Origin: an uncultured Bacteroidales bacterium
GTDB taxonomy: Bacteria; Bacteroidota; Bacteroidia; Bacteroidales; UBA932
Direction: 5' to 3'
Assembly: GCA_947167855.1 (NCBI GenBank)
Contig: CAMVJR010000001.1
Location: 1-63,308 of the forward strand
Length of the DNA stretch: 63,308 bases
Numbering within the stretch: position 1 is the stretch's first letter; the number at the start of each line of letters is the position of its first letter. Both the position numbers and the translations under genes were made by a program. Under the pieces are notes generated by a model. It worked only from the letters and a program-made list of their open reading frames with translations. It searched no databases and was not told the origin of the DNA. Below are positions 1 through 9,100 of this stretch, piece by piece.

Positions 1-9
1 GCAAAACAA

Positions 10-37
10 AGAAAGTCAGGCAACTGCCTGACTTTCT
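10..37 (-). terminator. Intrinsic terminator downstream of tRNA-Ala
   Basis: Hairpin AGAAAGTCAGGC-aact-GCCTGACTTTCT with T-rich tails on both strands, immediately 3' of the tRNA. Confidence 0.8.
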
Positions 38-43
38 GTTTTG

Positions 44-116
44 TGGAGCATAGGAGAATCGAACTCCTGACCTTTTGAATGCCATTCAAACGCTCTACCA
101 ACTGAGCTAATACCCC
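44..116 (-). tRNA. tRNA-Ala (GGC)
   Basis: Reverse complement GGGGTATTAGCTCAGTTGGTAGAGCG-TTTGA-ATGGCAT-TCAAA-AGGTCAGGAGTTCGATTCTCCTATGCTCCA; cloverleaf, anticodon GGC, G3:U70 Ala determinant. Confidence 0.97.
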
Positions 117-128
117 GTTTGTGGATTG

Positions 129-136
129 CAAAGGTA
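129..136 (-). promoter_or_regulatory. Bacteroidota -7 promoter element (TACCTTTG) for tRNA-Ala
   Basis: Matches TAnnTTTG; TTTG (-33) about 20 nt further upstream. Confidence 0.7.
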
Positions 137-185
137 GGTACTTTTTTTGGATTTGCAAAGGATTTTGTAAAAAAATTGCGAAAAC

Positions 186-440
186 TTAATCCTCTGCACC
201 CAACATGGCCTCCATCTCCTCAACCGCTCCTTTCAGTTCGGCCTGAAACACAGCGTGTTCATGCAGAAAGGCGGATCGGCCACCGGACAATTCCCGGAAC
301 AGCGCCGGCGACATGGCATCGGCATAGGCGGCAATCGTATCCTCTATATGGTCCATCTCCCTCTCGGAAGTGGAGTGCTCGTAGACCTTCAGCTTCTGGT
401 GAAAGAAAGCATACGCCTGCTCTATGACAGCCCGGTCCAT
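186..440 (-). CDS. Hypothetical protein
   Basis: 84 aa ORF, protein-like composition, overlaps the end of the upstream gene. Confidence 0.7.
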   Translation of the reverse strand: MDRAVIEQAYAFFHQKLKVYEHSTSEREMDHIEDTIAAYADAMSPALFRELSGGRSAFLHEHAVFQAELKGAVEEMEAMLGAED

Positions 441-958
441 ACCTTTTCAAATTTGTACCCCAGGCGATTGAGCTCAATAGCGGCGCCCATCTTGTACATC
501 ACCTCAATGCTGATCAAGAAGAAGCGGTAGGCTTCGGCCGTGCCGGCTTCGGCCCCGGATTTCATCAGGAAATGATACGTTTCGGCCGATAAAGACTGCA
601 TGGCGGCAACGCAGCGTTTGTTCTCCTTGAGGATGTTGCCGGTAATATAGTCATCCATGTCGTCGAAGCCCCTCTCGCTCTGGAAGAAGCCGTAGGGGGC
701 CTCCTTGTATTTGGGCCAGTCCTTGTCCCAGAGGTGAGCAACGGCCATACCCAGATACCCGGCACACGCCAGACAGTACTCTGGATAACCGTTGAACTCT
801 TTCACGGCCTCCGGGTAGAAGGACGTAGCATAGCGCTGCCAGGCCTCGTCCAGGTCGGGCGTCCCCAGCAGCGTACCCTTGAGATACCCGTTGCCGGTAG
901 CAACTTCCAGGAGGTAGGCGGTGAGGTCTTCGCGGTATTTGTCGTTGGTGGTGCTCAT
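422..958 (-). CDS. Conserved hypothetical protein
   Basis: 178 aa ORF with ATG start and TAAATTTG -7 element upstream. Confidence 0.8.
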   Translation of the reverse strand: MSTTNDKYREDLTAYLLEVATGNGYLKGTLLGTPDLDEAWQRYATSFYPEAVKEFNGYPEYCLACAGYLGMAVAHLWDKDWPKYKEAPYGFFQSERGFDDMDDYITGNILKENKRCVAAMQSLSAETYHFLMKSGAEAGTAEAYRFFLISIEVMYKMGAAIELNRLGYKFEKVWTGLS

Positions 959-1057
959 ACAGGGTGCAAATTTACGACTTTTTCACGGAATTCTGAGCTT
1001 GAGCAACATCTTGGCACAAGCAAGCATTAGCTTTGCAGAAGTTAATCGATTTGAGCT

Positions 1058-1171
1058 ATGTTTGAGATTGTTGTTTCCGTTGCTTTGTACGTGGGGGCCC
1101 TGGTGCTCCTAGTGAAAGGTGCAATTGCTTTTTGCAATCACAGCCATGAGAACGTGGTCACTGAACCGTAG
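1058..1171 (+). CDS. Small single-TM membrane protein (37 aa), not in ORF track
   Basis: Translates MFEIVVSVALYVGALVLLVKGAIAFCNHSHENVVTEP*; TAGCTTTG -7 element at 1028-1035. Confidence 0.55.
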   Translation: MFEIVVSVALYVGALVLLVKGAIAFCNHSHENVVTEP

Positions 1172-1174
1172 TTA

Positions 1175-1200
1175 TGGTGGAGTTTTGGGGATTCGAACTC
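1175..1200 (-). repeat. Degenerate tRNA 3'-end-like fragment
   Basis: Reverse complement GAGTTCGAATCCCCAAAACTCCACCA; T-loop motif plus CTCCACCA end, about 19/25 identical to the local tRNA-Ala 3' end. Confidence 0.45.
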
Positions 1201-1249
1201 AATTCTCCGCGCTGTCTTTCCAGTATATTTTCGTAACTTCGTGCTCGAT

Positions 1250-1666
1250 ATGAAAGAAAAGAGGATATATAATGGGATCGAGCGCCCGGAATTCACTCCG
1301 GAGCGAATCAGTGAGTTGAAGGCCGACGAGGTTTTCGTGTTCGGCAGCAATCTGGAAGGAATGCACGGTGGTGGCGCAGCCTACGTTGCCTGGCGTCAAT
1401 TCGGCGCCGTAATGGGCTGCGGCGTGGGGTTACGCGGCCAGAGCTATGCCATTCCCACAATGCAGGGCGGCGTGGAGACTATAGAGCCTTACGTTTCTTC
1501 TTTCATTTCCTTTGCCTCGGAACACCCTGAACTGTTCTTCTATGTGACGCGCATCGGGTGTGGAATAGCAGGCTTCAAGGAGAAGGAGATCGCTCCCCTA
1601 TTTTCAGATGCCGTCGGCCTAGAGAATGTGTGCCTTCCGGAGGGGTTTGTCAAGGTCTTGAAGTAG
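1250..1666 (+). CDS. A1S_2505-family / macro-domain-like protein
   Basis: Motifs FVFGSNxxGxHGGGAA, GQSYAIPT and FYVTRIGCGIAG. Confidence 0.85.
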   Translation: MKEKRIYNGIERPEFTPERISELKADEVFVFGSNLEGMHGGGAAYVAWRQFGAVMGCGVGLRGQSYAIPTMQGGVETIEPYVSSFISFASEHPELFFYVTRIGCGIAGFKEKEIAPLFSDAVGLENVCLPEGFVKVLK

Positions 1667-1690
1667 AGGAGTTCGATTCTCCTATGCTCC
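1667..1690 (+). repeat. Exact 24-bp copy of the tRNA-Ala 3' end (att-like), inverted relative to the tRNA
   Basis: AGGAGTTCGATTCTCCTATGCTCC is the reverse complement of 45-68. Confidence 0.9.
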
Positions 1691-1841
1691 TCTAATCCCC
1701 GCCTCGCTTGCGCGAGCCCCCTTCTGTCGGCCTTCGGCCTCCGAACTGTCACACTAGCCTGCCGGAGAGGTCTCTCACGCAAGCATGCACATGTTATAAA
1801 GCACTGATTATTAGTTTGTTACAAGATAATACCCTAGAGCG

Positions 1842-2030
1842 TTATTCTATAGAGATTTCCCCGTTCTCCCCTATTACCACATAGTCGGCTTCGTTGACGG
1901 TGATGGGGCCGTCTTCGGTGAGGATGGACAGCATGGTTATGCCCATGCAGAAGTACGGGGCCAGTAGGCGGTCGCCGAGGAGGGCTTTTAGCTCATCGTA
2001 GTTGGAGCCGGTATATTGGATGCGGGTCAC
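1842..2030 (-). CDS. Small hypothetical protein
   Basis: 62 aa, GTG start overlapping the upstream stop (GTGA). Confidence 0.65.
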   Translation of the reverse strand: MTRIQYTGSNYDELKALLGDRLLAPYFCMGITMLSILTEDGPITVNEADYVVIGENGEISIE

Positions 2031-2215
2031 TTCTTATAGCCGTCCTTGGTGATGATGGGCTTGCCGTTAGCGTCAAGGAGCGGAGTGAGACCACCGCCAT
2101 AGCCACGGCATACGAATAGGTAGTTAACACCGGTTTCTTTATCAACGATTACAAGGGCATCGGTCATAAAGGATACTCCTTCTTTTTCTTGGATGTCAAA
2201 ACGGTCTTTCGCCAT
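2027..2215 (-). CDS. DUF6440-like small protein
   Basis: IVDKETGVNYLFV...GGGLTPLLDANGKPII signature. Confidence 0.8.
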   Translation of the reverse strand: MAKDRFDIQEKEGVSFMTDALVIVDKETGVNYLFVCRGYGGGLTPLLDANGKPIITKDGYKK

Positions 2216-2376
2216 AAAACAGATTATTTAGGTATCAAATTTAAGCATTTTCATTTAATTGTGAATTGAGCGGGTCAGATTTCCTGCCCGATGTACTGAC
2301 TGACACTTGGTCGGAGCGGATTATTTGGAGTATTCCAAGGAAATGCTTAACTTGCAGAACATTAGCACGAAACGTC

Positions 2377-3426
2377 ATGAAGAAGTTTGTTTTTATTCTC
2401 GCCGCACTTATCTTCGCTGCCTGCGGTACGACCAATAACTCATCCGTCAAGGATGGAAACAAGTATGTCCCCTACTCCCAGCGGGACGGAGAAGAAGCGG
2501 TTGTTTACTTCACTCGTAATCTGTCGGCCGAAGGACTGATAGCCGCTTATGAGAAAGTGAACGGTGATATTAGCGGAAAGGTTGGGGTAAAACTCCACAC
2601 CGGTGAGCAGAACGGCCCCAATATCATTCCCCGTGAATGGGTAAAGGCCTTGTTTGAAAAAGACCTTCCGGATGCTGCTATCATTGAAACGAATACCTAT
2701 TACAAAGGTGACCGGTACACCACTGAGGCACACCGCAAGACCCTTCAGGTGAACGGGTGGACCTTCTCCCCCGTCGATATTATCGATGAAGAGGACACAC
2801 TTACCTTTCCTGTCAAGGGTGGTAAATGGTTCAAGAAGATGTCGGTCGGCAGCCACCTCATCAACTATGACTCTATGGTTGCGCTTACCCATTTCAAGGG
2901 CCATACGCAGGGTGGTTTCGGCGGATCCAACAAGAACATCGGCATCGGCTGCGCCGACGGTCGCATCGGCAAGGCCTGGATCCACACCACGCCCGGGCAG
3001 CCCAACCAATGGGATATCAAGGAGGAGGAGTTCATGGAGCGCATGACAGAAAGTACCAAGGCCACCATCGACCATTTCGGCAAAAAGGTCACGTACGTGA
3101 ATGTGATGCGCAATATGTCGGTTTCCTGTGACTGTGAGGGACTGGGCGCCGCACCGGTAGTCACGCCCAATGTCGGCATCCTTTCCTCGACGGACATCCT
3201 GGCCGTGGATCAGGCCTGCATCGACATCATCTATGCCATGACGGCCGAGGAACACCACGACATTGTAGAACGTATCGAAACGCGCCATGGCCTTCGCCAG
3301 CTCTCCTATATGAAAGAACTGGGCATGGGACATGACAAATACATCCTCATTGACCTGGATAACGGTGGCAAACAGATTACCGCGGCCGATGCCGTCAAAG
3401 GCTTGAAGCCGTTTGTGAAAGATTAG
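2377..3426 (+). CDS. DUF362-family FeS lipoprotein
   Basis: Lipobox FAAC; VKLHTGE, HFKGH, GGSNKNIGIG, SVSCDC and DILAVDQAC motifs. Confidence 0.85.
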   Translation: MKKFVFILAALIFAACGTTNNSSVKDGNKYVPYSQRDGEEAVVYFTRNLSAEGLIAAYEKVNGDISGKVGVKLHTGEQNGPNIIPREWVKALFEKDLPDAAIIETNTYYKGDRYTTEAHRKTLQVNGWTFSPVDIIDEEDTLTFPVKGGKWFKKMSVGSHLINYDSMVALTHFKGHTQGGFGGSNKNIGIGCADGRIGKAWIHTTPGQPNQWDIKEEEFMERMTESTKATIDHFGKKVTYVNVMRNMSVSCDCEGLGAAPVVTPNVGILSSTDILAVDQACIDIIYAMTAEEHHDIVERIETRHGLRQLSYMKELGMGHDKYILIDLDNGGKQITAADAVKGLKPFVKD

Positions 3427-3429
3427 GAA

Positions 3430-3882
3430 ATGGGGCTAAGTCTTCATAAGAAGAGGTATGATGAGCTCACCACCCAGGAGCTTTATGAGCTGCTGCGCAT
3501 TCGCACGGATGTGTTTGTGGTGGAGCAGAACTGCGTTTATCAGGACATGGATTACGACGACCAGCCGGCCATCCACCTGTGGTTGACGGACGAAGAAGAC
3601 CGGATTGTTGCTCTGTGCCGGGTGTGTCCGGCCGGGACGCATATGGAGGAGATTTCCATCGGCCGGGTAATCACGACGGAGCGTGGCAAGGGCTATGGGA
3701 AGCAGATTATGTTGGCCGGGATTGAAGCAGCCAAGGAACACTTTGGAGCCAAACGCATTGACATCGAGGCGCAGGAGTATGCGAAGGGATTCTATGAGCA
3801 GGTGGGCTTCCGACAGTCCTCGGAGCCGTTTATCCTGGACGGAATTCCGCACATAAGAATGACCTGCAACGTACTCAGCTAA
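3430..3882 (+). CDS. elaA: ElaA-like GNAT acetyltransferase
   Basis: LLRIRTDVFVVEQNC, IGRV, RGKGYG, AQEYAKGFY and DGIPHIRM motifs. Confidence 0.85.
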   Translation: MGLSLHKKRYDELTTQELYELLRIRTDVFVVEQNCVYQDMDYDDQPAIHLWLTDEEDRIVALCRVCPAGTHMEEISIGRVITTERGKGYGKQIMLAGIEAAKEHFGAKRIDIEAQEYAKGFYEQVGFRQSSEPFILDGIPHIRMTCNVLS

Positions 3883-3893
3883 ACCAAGAACAA
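3866..3893 (+). repeat. 28-bp direct repeat, copy 1
   Basis: GCAACGTACTCAGCTAAACCAAGAACAA, identical at 5527-5554. Confidence 0.9.
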
Positions 3894-3920
3894 GGCTACT
3901 GATGTAAAACAAGCCACTTC

Positions 3921-5051
3921 TTACTTGTTGTATTCACCGTATTCGCAGCCGATGTTTTCGGCATGGATACGGTCTATCAGACTGCCATGCAGGTCAAATA
4001 GTTGGATGGTGCCCACGCCGTTGCCGCCGTTCCATAAGCGATTGTGCCGCTTGGCACCGTCGGGAGATTCGTAGTTCACCAGGAGCATGTCTTTCTTCTG
4101 GCAGGTGACATCCGTAATCATTCGGCCCGAAGTGCTGCGCTGCTCCACATGCCAGATAATATGAGTGTCAGTCTCCTTGCAGTCAAACTCCGTATGCACG
4201 CCCGTCCAAGCCTTAGAAAAGTTGAACTCGTAGGGCTTCCCCTCGTACCAAAAGGCCGATAAGAGCTTGCGGGGAAGGGCGATGTGTCCAACCTTAGGCC
4301 GTCCACCGCCGATATCGAACACACTATCGGTAAGCTTCTTACCAGTCATCTCGCTAGTGAGATTATTGGAGGAAAGCCATACCCAGGGTGACGTGAAATC
4401 CCTGCCCCAGTTCTTGTCGGCATAGCCGTAGCAATCTTCGGGACGAACGATATATTTCCGGCCATTCCAGATGACTTCTCCTTCAAATTCCGACTTCATT
4501 CCTTCGGCATGCCAGAACATTTCGAAGGCCTCGGCGTGACGGAAGAGTTCATCGGCCCCAAAACCCACATTGAAAGCCGTGATTTTGCGGATCTTGAGGT
4601 CCCAGGACATCTCTCCGTCCTGGCACATCCATTCGGAATGAGCCGCAGCACCCCCAACCTTGACGTGGCCGTGGGTGTGGTCTTCCGTCAGGAAGCAGTC
4701 ATCGGCCTCAACGCTGAAGGGTACGCCCCAATCCACCTTGATGCGCTTCCAACCCCAGAAACGATGCAACTGGGCGGCATCCTCGCCCCAGGCACCAGCC
4801 TTGACCATCAGGTAGGACGGTTTCTGCGGTTTGCCGGGAATCTGGCCGAATACAGGCTCCTCCCCTCCCAGCGCCGGGTTGCAAAGGAAAAACTCAATGA
4901 AGAAGGGTTTGGCCTCGCCAGTTTGCGCGTCATATCCGGTGAAGGAATGCCACCACCAGTCATAGCCCTGATGCGCCTGCGCTCCAAAGAGCTGGCAAGC
5001 GTCGCGAGCAATATCGTGTTTGTTGAATCCGGTTTTCATAGTTTGTGCCAT
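3921..5051 (-). CDS. Tocopherol cyclase-family protein
   Basis: GYDWWWHSF, FWHAEGM and GYADKNWGRDF motifs. Confidence 0.8.
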   Translation of the reverse strand: MAQTMKTGFNKHDIARDACQLFGAQAHQGYDWWWHSFTGYDAQTGEAKPFFIEFFLCNPALGGEEPVFGQIPGKPQKPSYLMVKAGAWGEDAAQLHRFWGWKRIKVDWGVPFSVEADDCFLTEDHTHGHVKVGGAAAHSEWMCQDGEMSWDLKIRKITAFNVGFGADELFRHAEAFEMFWHAEGMKSEFEGEVIWNGRKYIVRPEDCYGYADKNWGRDFTSPWVWLSSNNLTSEMTGKKLTDSVFDIGGGRPKVGHIALPRKLLSAFWYEGKPYEFNFSKAWTGVHTEFDCKETDTHIIWHVEQRSTSGRMITDVTCQKKDMLLVNYESPDGAKRHNRLWNGGNGVGTIQLFDLHGSLIDRIHAENIGCEYGEYNK

Positions 5052-5110
5052 CAATCACAAAGTCAAATTTACGAAAAGTGCGGAATTATTTGGTATATTT
5101 GTTCAGATAA

Positions 5111-5512
5111 ATGCAAATAGCGGTGAGATTCAGGCATACAAACAGACCAGGATTCTGGTTCGGCTTCATTGACTTCTTCACAGCCGGACTGTTTTTCCTG
5201 TTCTATATGCCGCTGGGCAGGCTGCAGGACGAGTTGGATTCAATCCTGGGGCGACGGACGCAGCGGTATTGGGTAGCGTACCTGCTTGGAATTCCCACGT
5301 TCTTCATCTACACGCTGATATGGATGGCCCATATTGCTGAGGAGCTGAAGGCTAAGGCCATTGAATTGGGAATTGAAGGTCCCTACACATCCTGGTGGCA
5401 TATGTTCGGCTGGAACACGTTGGGCGTTCTGCTGATGGGCCCAGCCGTTGCAACCTGGCGTTTCTTCGATACGCTAAATAAGATTGAGCGGAAGCTTAAC
5501 GAGACCGCTTGA
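5111..5512 (+). CDS. DUF4234-like membrane protein
   Basis: 133 aa with three hydrophobic segments; TATATTTG promoter upstream. Confidence 0.65.
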   Translation: MQIAVRFRHTNRPGFWFGFIDFFTAGLFFLFYMPLGRLQDELDSILGRRTQRYWVAYLLGIPTFFIYTLIWMAHIAEELKAKAIELGIEGPYTSWWHMFGWNTLGVLLMGPAVATWRFFDTLNKIERKLNETA

Positions 5513-5791
5513 TGCAGAAACAAGCCGCAACGTACTCAGCTAAACCAAGAACAAAGAAGATGTTGCTGAGAGCTACGAATCCCCAGACATACCATTCACG
5601 GCCAGAAGGACAAAGCCAGATGGAATAAAGTCCTTGAAGAAGATATCCGGCCAGGGCATCTTGGCACGAAGCAGGTCCAGCATCGGCTCTCCACCCCAGC
5701 TGACGCCGGTGGGATCCATCCACATCATCACGGTACCGGCGATGGCACCGATGGCTATAAAGATAGTCAGTATCTTAAGGAAAGTCTTCAT
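5496..5791 (-). pseudogene. Frameshifted membrane-protein gene
   Basis: N-terminal frame MKTFLKIL...VLLAVNG switches to C-terminal frame EWYVWGF...CIKRSR at the hexamer 5592-5597. Confidence 0.6.
5527..5554 (+). repeat. 28-bp direct repeat, copy 2
   Basis: Identical to 3866-3893. Confidence 0.9.
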
Positions 5792-5821
5792 ATCTACAAA
5801 TCTCAAGCGCCAACAAGCAGG

Positions 5822-6700
5822 CTAGGAAGCAAGGAGGACGTAAAGGCTGACCGCTGCGGCAAGAAGGATGAGGCAGGATAGATAGGCGATGGAATACCAC
5901 ACGCCCGTCTTAATGGTAAGTACCAGACCCTTTTTCCAGTGGATGTCGAAGAGCTGTGAATAGTCAATGGTGAGAAGGACGGCCATCAGGCCTACACCAA
6001 TCTCGCCTCTTCCCTTGCTGGAGAAGAAGAGGGAAAAGAACATGAAGAAGCAGAACTGGCAGAGGATATAGGCGGTGGCAGCGGCACAGGCCGATTTGCT
6101 CATATCCTTTTTCCTCAACGCAAAGCACTGCGCGCACCAGAGCAGCAGGAACTGGCCCAGGAACAGGTAGATCCCCTGGCTTCGCAGGGCGCTCTCAAAT
6201 GCCGCCAACGATGCCTTAGTGGGAGTATCCACCCTCTCGGGATGCCTGTCCAGGTCCAGAAGTCTAAGAAAGCCCCTAACCTTTGAGGCGCCTGTCGAAA
6301 CGTTGAGTTCTTTGCCATTCACCCGAATGCCGGGCCGGCTGGTCGAATCCGCGAAGGATGTCACTTCGGCCCTTTCTTTCTGCTGATAGCTTGCATAGTC
6401 GGGGTTAACGATGGAAGAGATCAGGGCAAAGAAAGCATAGAAGACAATCAGGGAGGTAAGCGGAGCCAGATAGCGCCCGTGCTGTCCCTTGATGTAGTCC
6501 CGGATCATGTAGCCAGGGCGCAGCAGAAGGTGTACGAAGGTGCGCTTTGCATCATCGTTGAGGAAGGGGATGGAGTCAAAGGCTCCTTTGTAAAAATCCC
6601 TCTGGCTGGTTTTGGACTTCTTCTTTGTCCAGGGCAGGAAACCCAGTTTCTGCCAAATCACAAAGGCCCTGCGGCGAACAGCAAAACTGTGCTTGATCAT
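5822..6700 (-). CDS. DUF3667-domain membrane protein
   Basis: TFVHLLLRPGYMIRDYIKG...YLAP motif, multiple TMs; TACCTTTG just upstream of ATG 6700. Confidence 0.75.
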   Translation of the reverse strand: MIKHSFAVRRRAFVIWQKLGFLPWTKKKSKTSQRDFYKGAFDSIPFLNDDAKRTFVHLLLRPGYMIRDYIKGQHGRYLAPLTSLIVFYAFFALISSIVNPDYASYQQKERAEVTSFADSTSRPGIRVNGKELNVSTGASKVRGFLRLLDLDRHPERVDTPTKASLAAFESALRSQGIYLFLGQFLLLWCAQCFALRKKDMSKSACAAATAYILCQFCFFMFFSLFFSSKGRGEIGVGLMAVLLTIDYSQLFDIHWKKGLVLTIKTGVWYSIAYLSCLILLAAAVSLYVLLAS

Positions 6701-6776
6701 AGTAACGCAAAGGTACAACTATTTTTGACAATATGGCTTCCCTCCAAAGTCATTGAACATGCTGAATTAGCGAAGA

Positions 6777-7247
6777 TTATTCTTCTGGCTGCCAAAGCCC
6801 TTGGACTGGGGATTCCATACAGATAGTCACTGGTCCGTCATTGACCAGGGCTACTTTCATGTCCGCACCAAATTCCCCGGTTCCCACGGGTTTGCCAAGG
6901 GCTTCGGACATCCGGCGACAGAACTCCTCATAGAGAGGAATGGCTTTCTCGTGGCCTGCAGCCTCAATATAGGAAGGCCGATTGCCCTTTTTGGTGGAGG
7001 CCATCAGCGTGAACTGGCTCACAACGATCACATCACCGCCAACATCCATCACGCTACGGTTCATGACGCCGTTTTCGTCATTGAAGATGCGCAGCGCCGC
7101 CGTTTTCCTAACCAGGTAATCGACGTCCGCTGCGTCATCATCATGGCCCACACCCAGCAGGATCAGCAGGCCCGGGCCGATGGACGACTTGACCTTTCCG
7201 TCAATGGTAACGGAAGCGGAGGAGACTCTTTGAATAACAACCCGCAT
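6777..7247 (-). CDS. dtd: D-aminoacyl-tRNA deacylase
   Basis: [19 protein letters not shown] and NDGPVT motifs. Confidence 0.97.
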   Translation of the reverse strand: MRVVIQRVSSASVTIDGKVKSSIGPGLLILLGVGHDDDAADVDYLVRKTAALRIFNDENGVMNRSVMDVGGDVIVVSQFTLMASTKKGNRPSYIEAAGHEKAIPLYEEFCRRMSEALGKPVGTGEFGADMKVALVNDGPVTICMESPVQGLWQPEE

Positions 7248-7456
7248 TACAGAGTTACTTCTTTAAATCTGGGGACTTCCTGGCCGTCTACCATGACATT
7301 CTCAAAGAAGTTCTCGTAGGGACGGATCCAGATTTCCTTTTCACCGTACATGGCCTGGTACACCACGGCCTTCTTGTCCGGCTGGGCCTCTATCCGCGCA
7401 ATGTGCAGCAGCTTGTACAGCTGTCCGTTTTTGAAATGTCTGAAGTACCGGTCCAT
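7247..7456 (-). CDS. DUF1653-domain protein
   Basis: [22 protein letters not shown] and VPRF motifs. Confidence 0.9.
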   Translation of the reverse strand: MDRYFRHFKNGQLYKLLHIARIEAQPDKKAVVYQAMYGEKEIWIRPYENFFENVMVDGQEVPRFKEVTL

Positions 7457-7560
7457 AATACTTACGATGTTAACCCTGCTAATTTACGAATTCTTCTTCA
7501 AAAGTCCTTGCAAATCCAGTGAAGGAGCGGTATAATTTTTGAATCCCAAGGAGTCCGGAA

Positions 7561-7944
7561 ATGAACGTGAAACAGCTCATATATCGTGACGAGCCTCTGG
7601 TTTTGGGCCGGAAGCAGCGGATCGTGTATGGCGTCCTGACGCTGGCCTGCTGCTGTCTGGGGTGGCTGCTTTCGGCTACCTATCGGCCCTATATTTATGC
7701 AAATCATATCAACGATTTCCATATAGCCGATACCCTTGGTAACCTGGTAGCGGTTCCTGCCGCCTACTGTTTCTTCTATGCCCAAAGCAAGAAGGTGACT
7801 TACACCAACGGATTTATCCTGCTGCTGGTCTGGTTCATCTGGCTGATCTATGAACTGATCTTCTCAAACACTTTTGACTGGTACGACATCCTGGCCACTA
7901 CCCTCATGTGCCTCGTGATGTACCTGATTCTTGGCAGAAAATGA
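7561..7944 (+). CDS. Membrane protein (4 TM)
   Basis: YRPYIYANHINDFHIADTLGN and FDWYDILAT; hydrophobic segments. Confidence 0.75.
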   Translation: MNVKQLIYRDEPLVLGRKQRIVYGVLTLACCCLGWLLSATYRPYIYANHINDFHIADTLGNLVAVPAAYCFFYAQSKKVTYTNGFILLLVWFIWLIYELIFSNTFDWYDILATTLMCLVMYLILGRK

Positions 7945-8630
7945 GGATGGAAGAGCTTACCATAAAAGGCCGAAAGTGCCGTCTTTTCGGGGCCGATGAA
8001 CCCGCCTGCATCCTGGTGCAGCCATCGGCCCGGCATGAGAATGTCACCCTGGAGGCCGAGGCAGAGCAGCTGGCAGCCCTTTCAAAGGTGCCGTTTGTGC
8101 TGGCAACCATCGAGCTGGAAGACTGGATGGTGGACCTGATGCCATGGCCCGACGCCAATGTATGTCGGGACCCGGAGGCCGGAAAGCACGCACAGGACAC
8201 GCTTGACTATGTCCTGACAGCCCTGGTTCCGGAACTGCAACACCGTTACGGTCCCCTGCCCATCATCCTGGGCGGCTACTCCCTGGGCGGTCTGTTCGCC
8301 CTCTGGGCCTCCATGCAGACCGATACCTTCAAGGCCGTTGCGGCCGCCTCCCCCTCCGTCTGGCTCCACGACTGGATGCCCTTTGCCAGAAAACACGCGC
8401 TCATGGCCTCAGACGTCTACCTAAGTCTCGGGGACCAGGAAGAACACGTACGGAATCAGGCCATAGCCCGTGTGGGAGACAACCTGAGGGAACAGTACCA
8501 ACTGATACTTGGCCAACTTGGGCCGGAGCACTGCTATCTGTTCTGGGAACAGGGCGGCCACTTCTCCGACAACGAAGGCCGCCTGTCCCGAGCCTTCGCC
8601 TGGTGCCTGGAGCGAACGGTTTCATTTTAA
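7941..8630 (+). CDS. Alpha/beta hydrolase (esterase)
   Basis: GYSLGG nucleophile elbow, SPSVW, GGHF. Confidence 0.85.
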   Translation: MRMEELTIKGRKCRLFGADEPACILVQPSARHENVTLEAEAEQLAALSKVPFVLATIELEDWMVDLMPWPDANVCRDPEAGKHAQDTLDYVLTALVPELQHRYGPLPIILGGYSLGGLFALWASMQTDTFKAVAAASPSVWLHDWMPFARKHALMASDVYLSLGDQEEHVRNQAIARVGDNLREQYQLILGQLGPEHCYLFWEQGGHFSDNEGRLSRAFAWCLERTVSF

Positions 8631-9082
8631 TGCCTACAATGAAAAAAGTCTACTCAAATTCAGCCCATCCCACTCTGGTGAAGTGGTCCTGCGCGATTGC
8701 CTTCCTCATGGGTGTCGGATCCTTCATCCTATATATCATTCTGGAAGGAGGAGACGATAAGTTTCTGCTCTATTTGGCTGGTTTCTGCCTGATGTACAGT
8801 TCGATGTTCTACGGCGAGTACAAACTCAGGCGCTACGAGATTGACGAGGAGAACGATACCATAACCGACCTCCGGAACAAAAAGTATCCCCTGCACATAT
8901 CCAACCTCACCACAGCCACCTACAAGGAGAACAAAAAGGGCAAATACCGCTCACTGTTCCTTCATGACGCAGGAGTTGGTTTCATGGATATCCGTACATC
9001 CAAGGAAAAGGCCGATCAGATAGTGGCCCAGCTGCTAAGATCTAACCCGTCCATAGAAGTCAAACACATCAATTACATCTAA
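8630..9082 (+). CDS. Hypothetical membrane protein (2 TM plus soluble domain)
   Basis: ATG overlaps the esterase stop; two hydrophobic helices. Confidence 0.7.
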   Translation: MPTMKKVYSNSAHPTLVKWSCAIAFLMGVGSFILYIILEGGDDKFLLYLAGFCLMYSSMFYGEYKLRRYEIDEENDTITDLRNKKYPLHISNLTTATYKENKKGKYRSLFLHDAGVGFMDIRTSKEKADQIVAQLLRSNPSIEVKHINYI

Positions 9083-9100
9083 GGTACCGTGTGGGACGTT

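Noticed and set aside
1011-1026. Sigma-54 promoter (TGGCAC)
   Set aside because: It lacks the TTGC -12 element at the required spacing.
1-2300. Prophage or integrative element at tRNA-Ala
   Set aside because: No integrase or structural genes; only att-like fragments remain.
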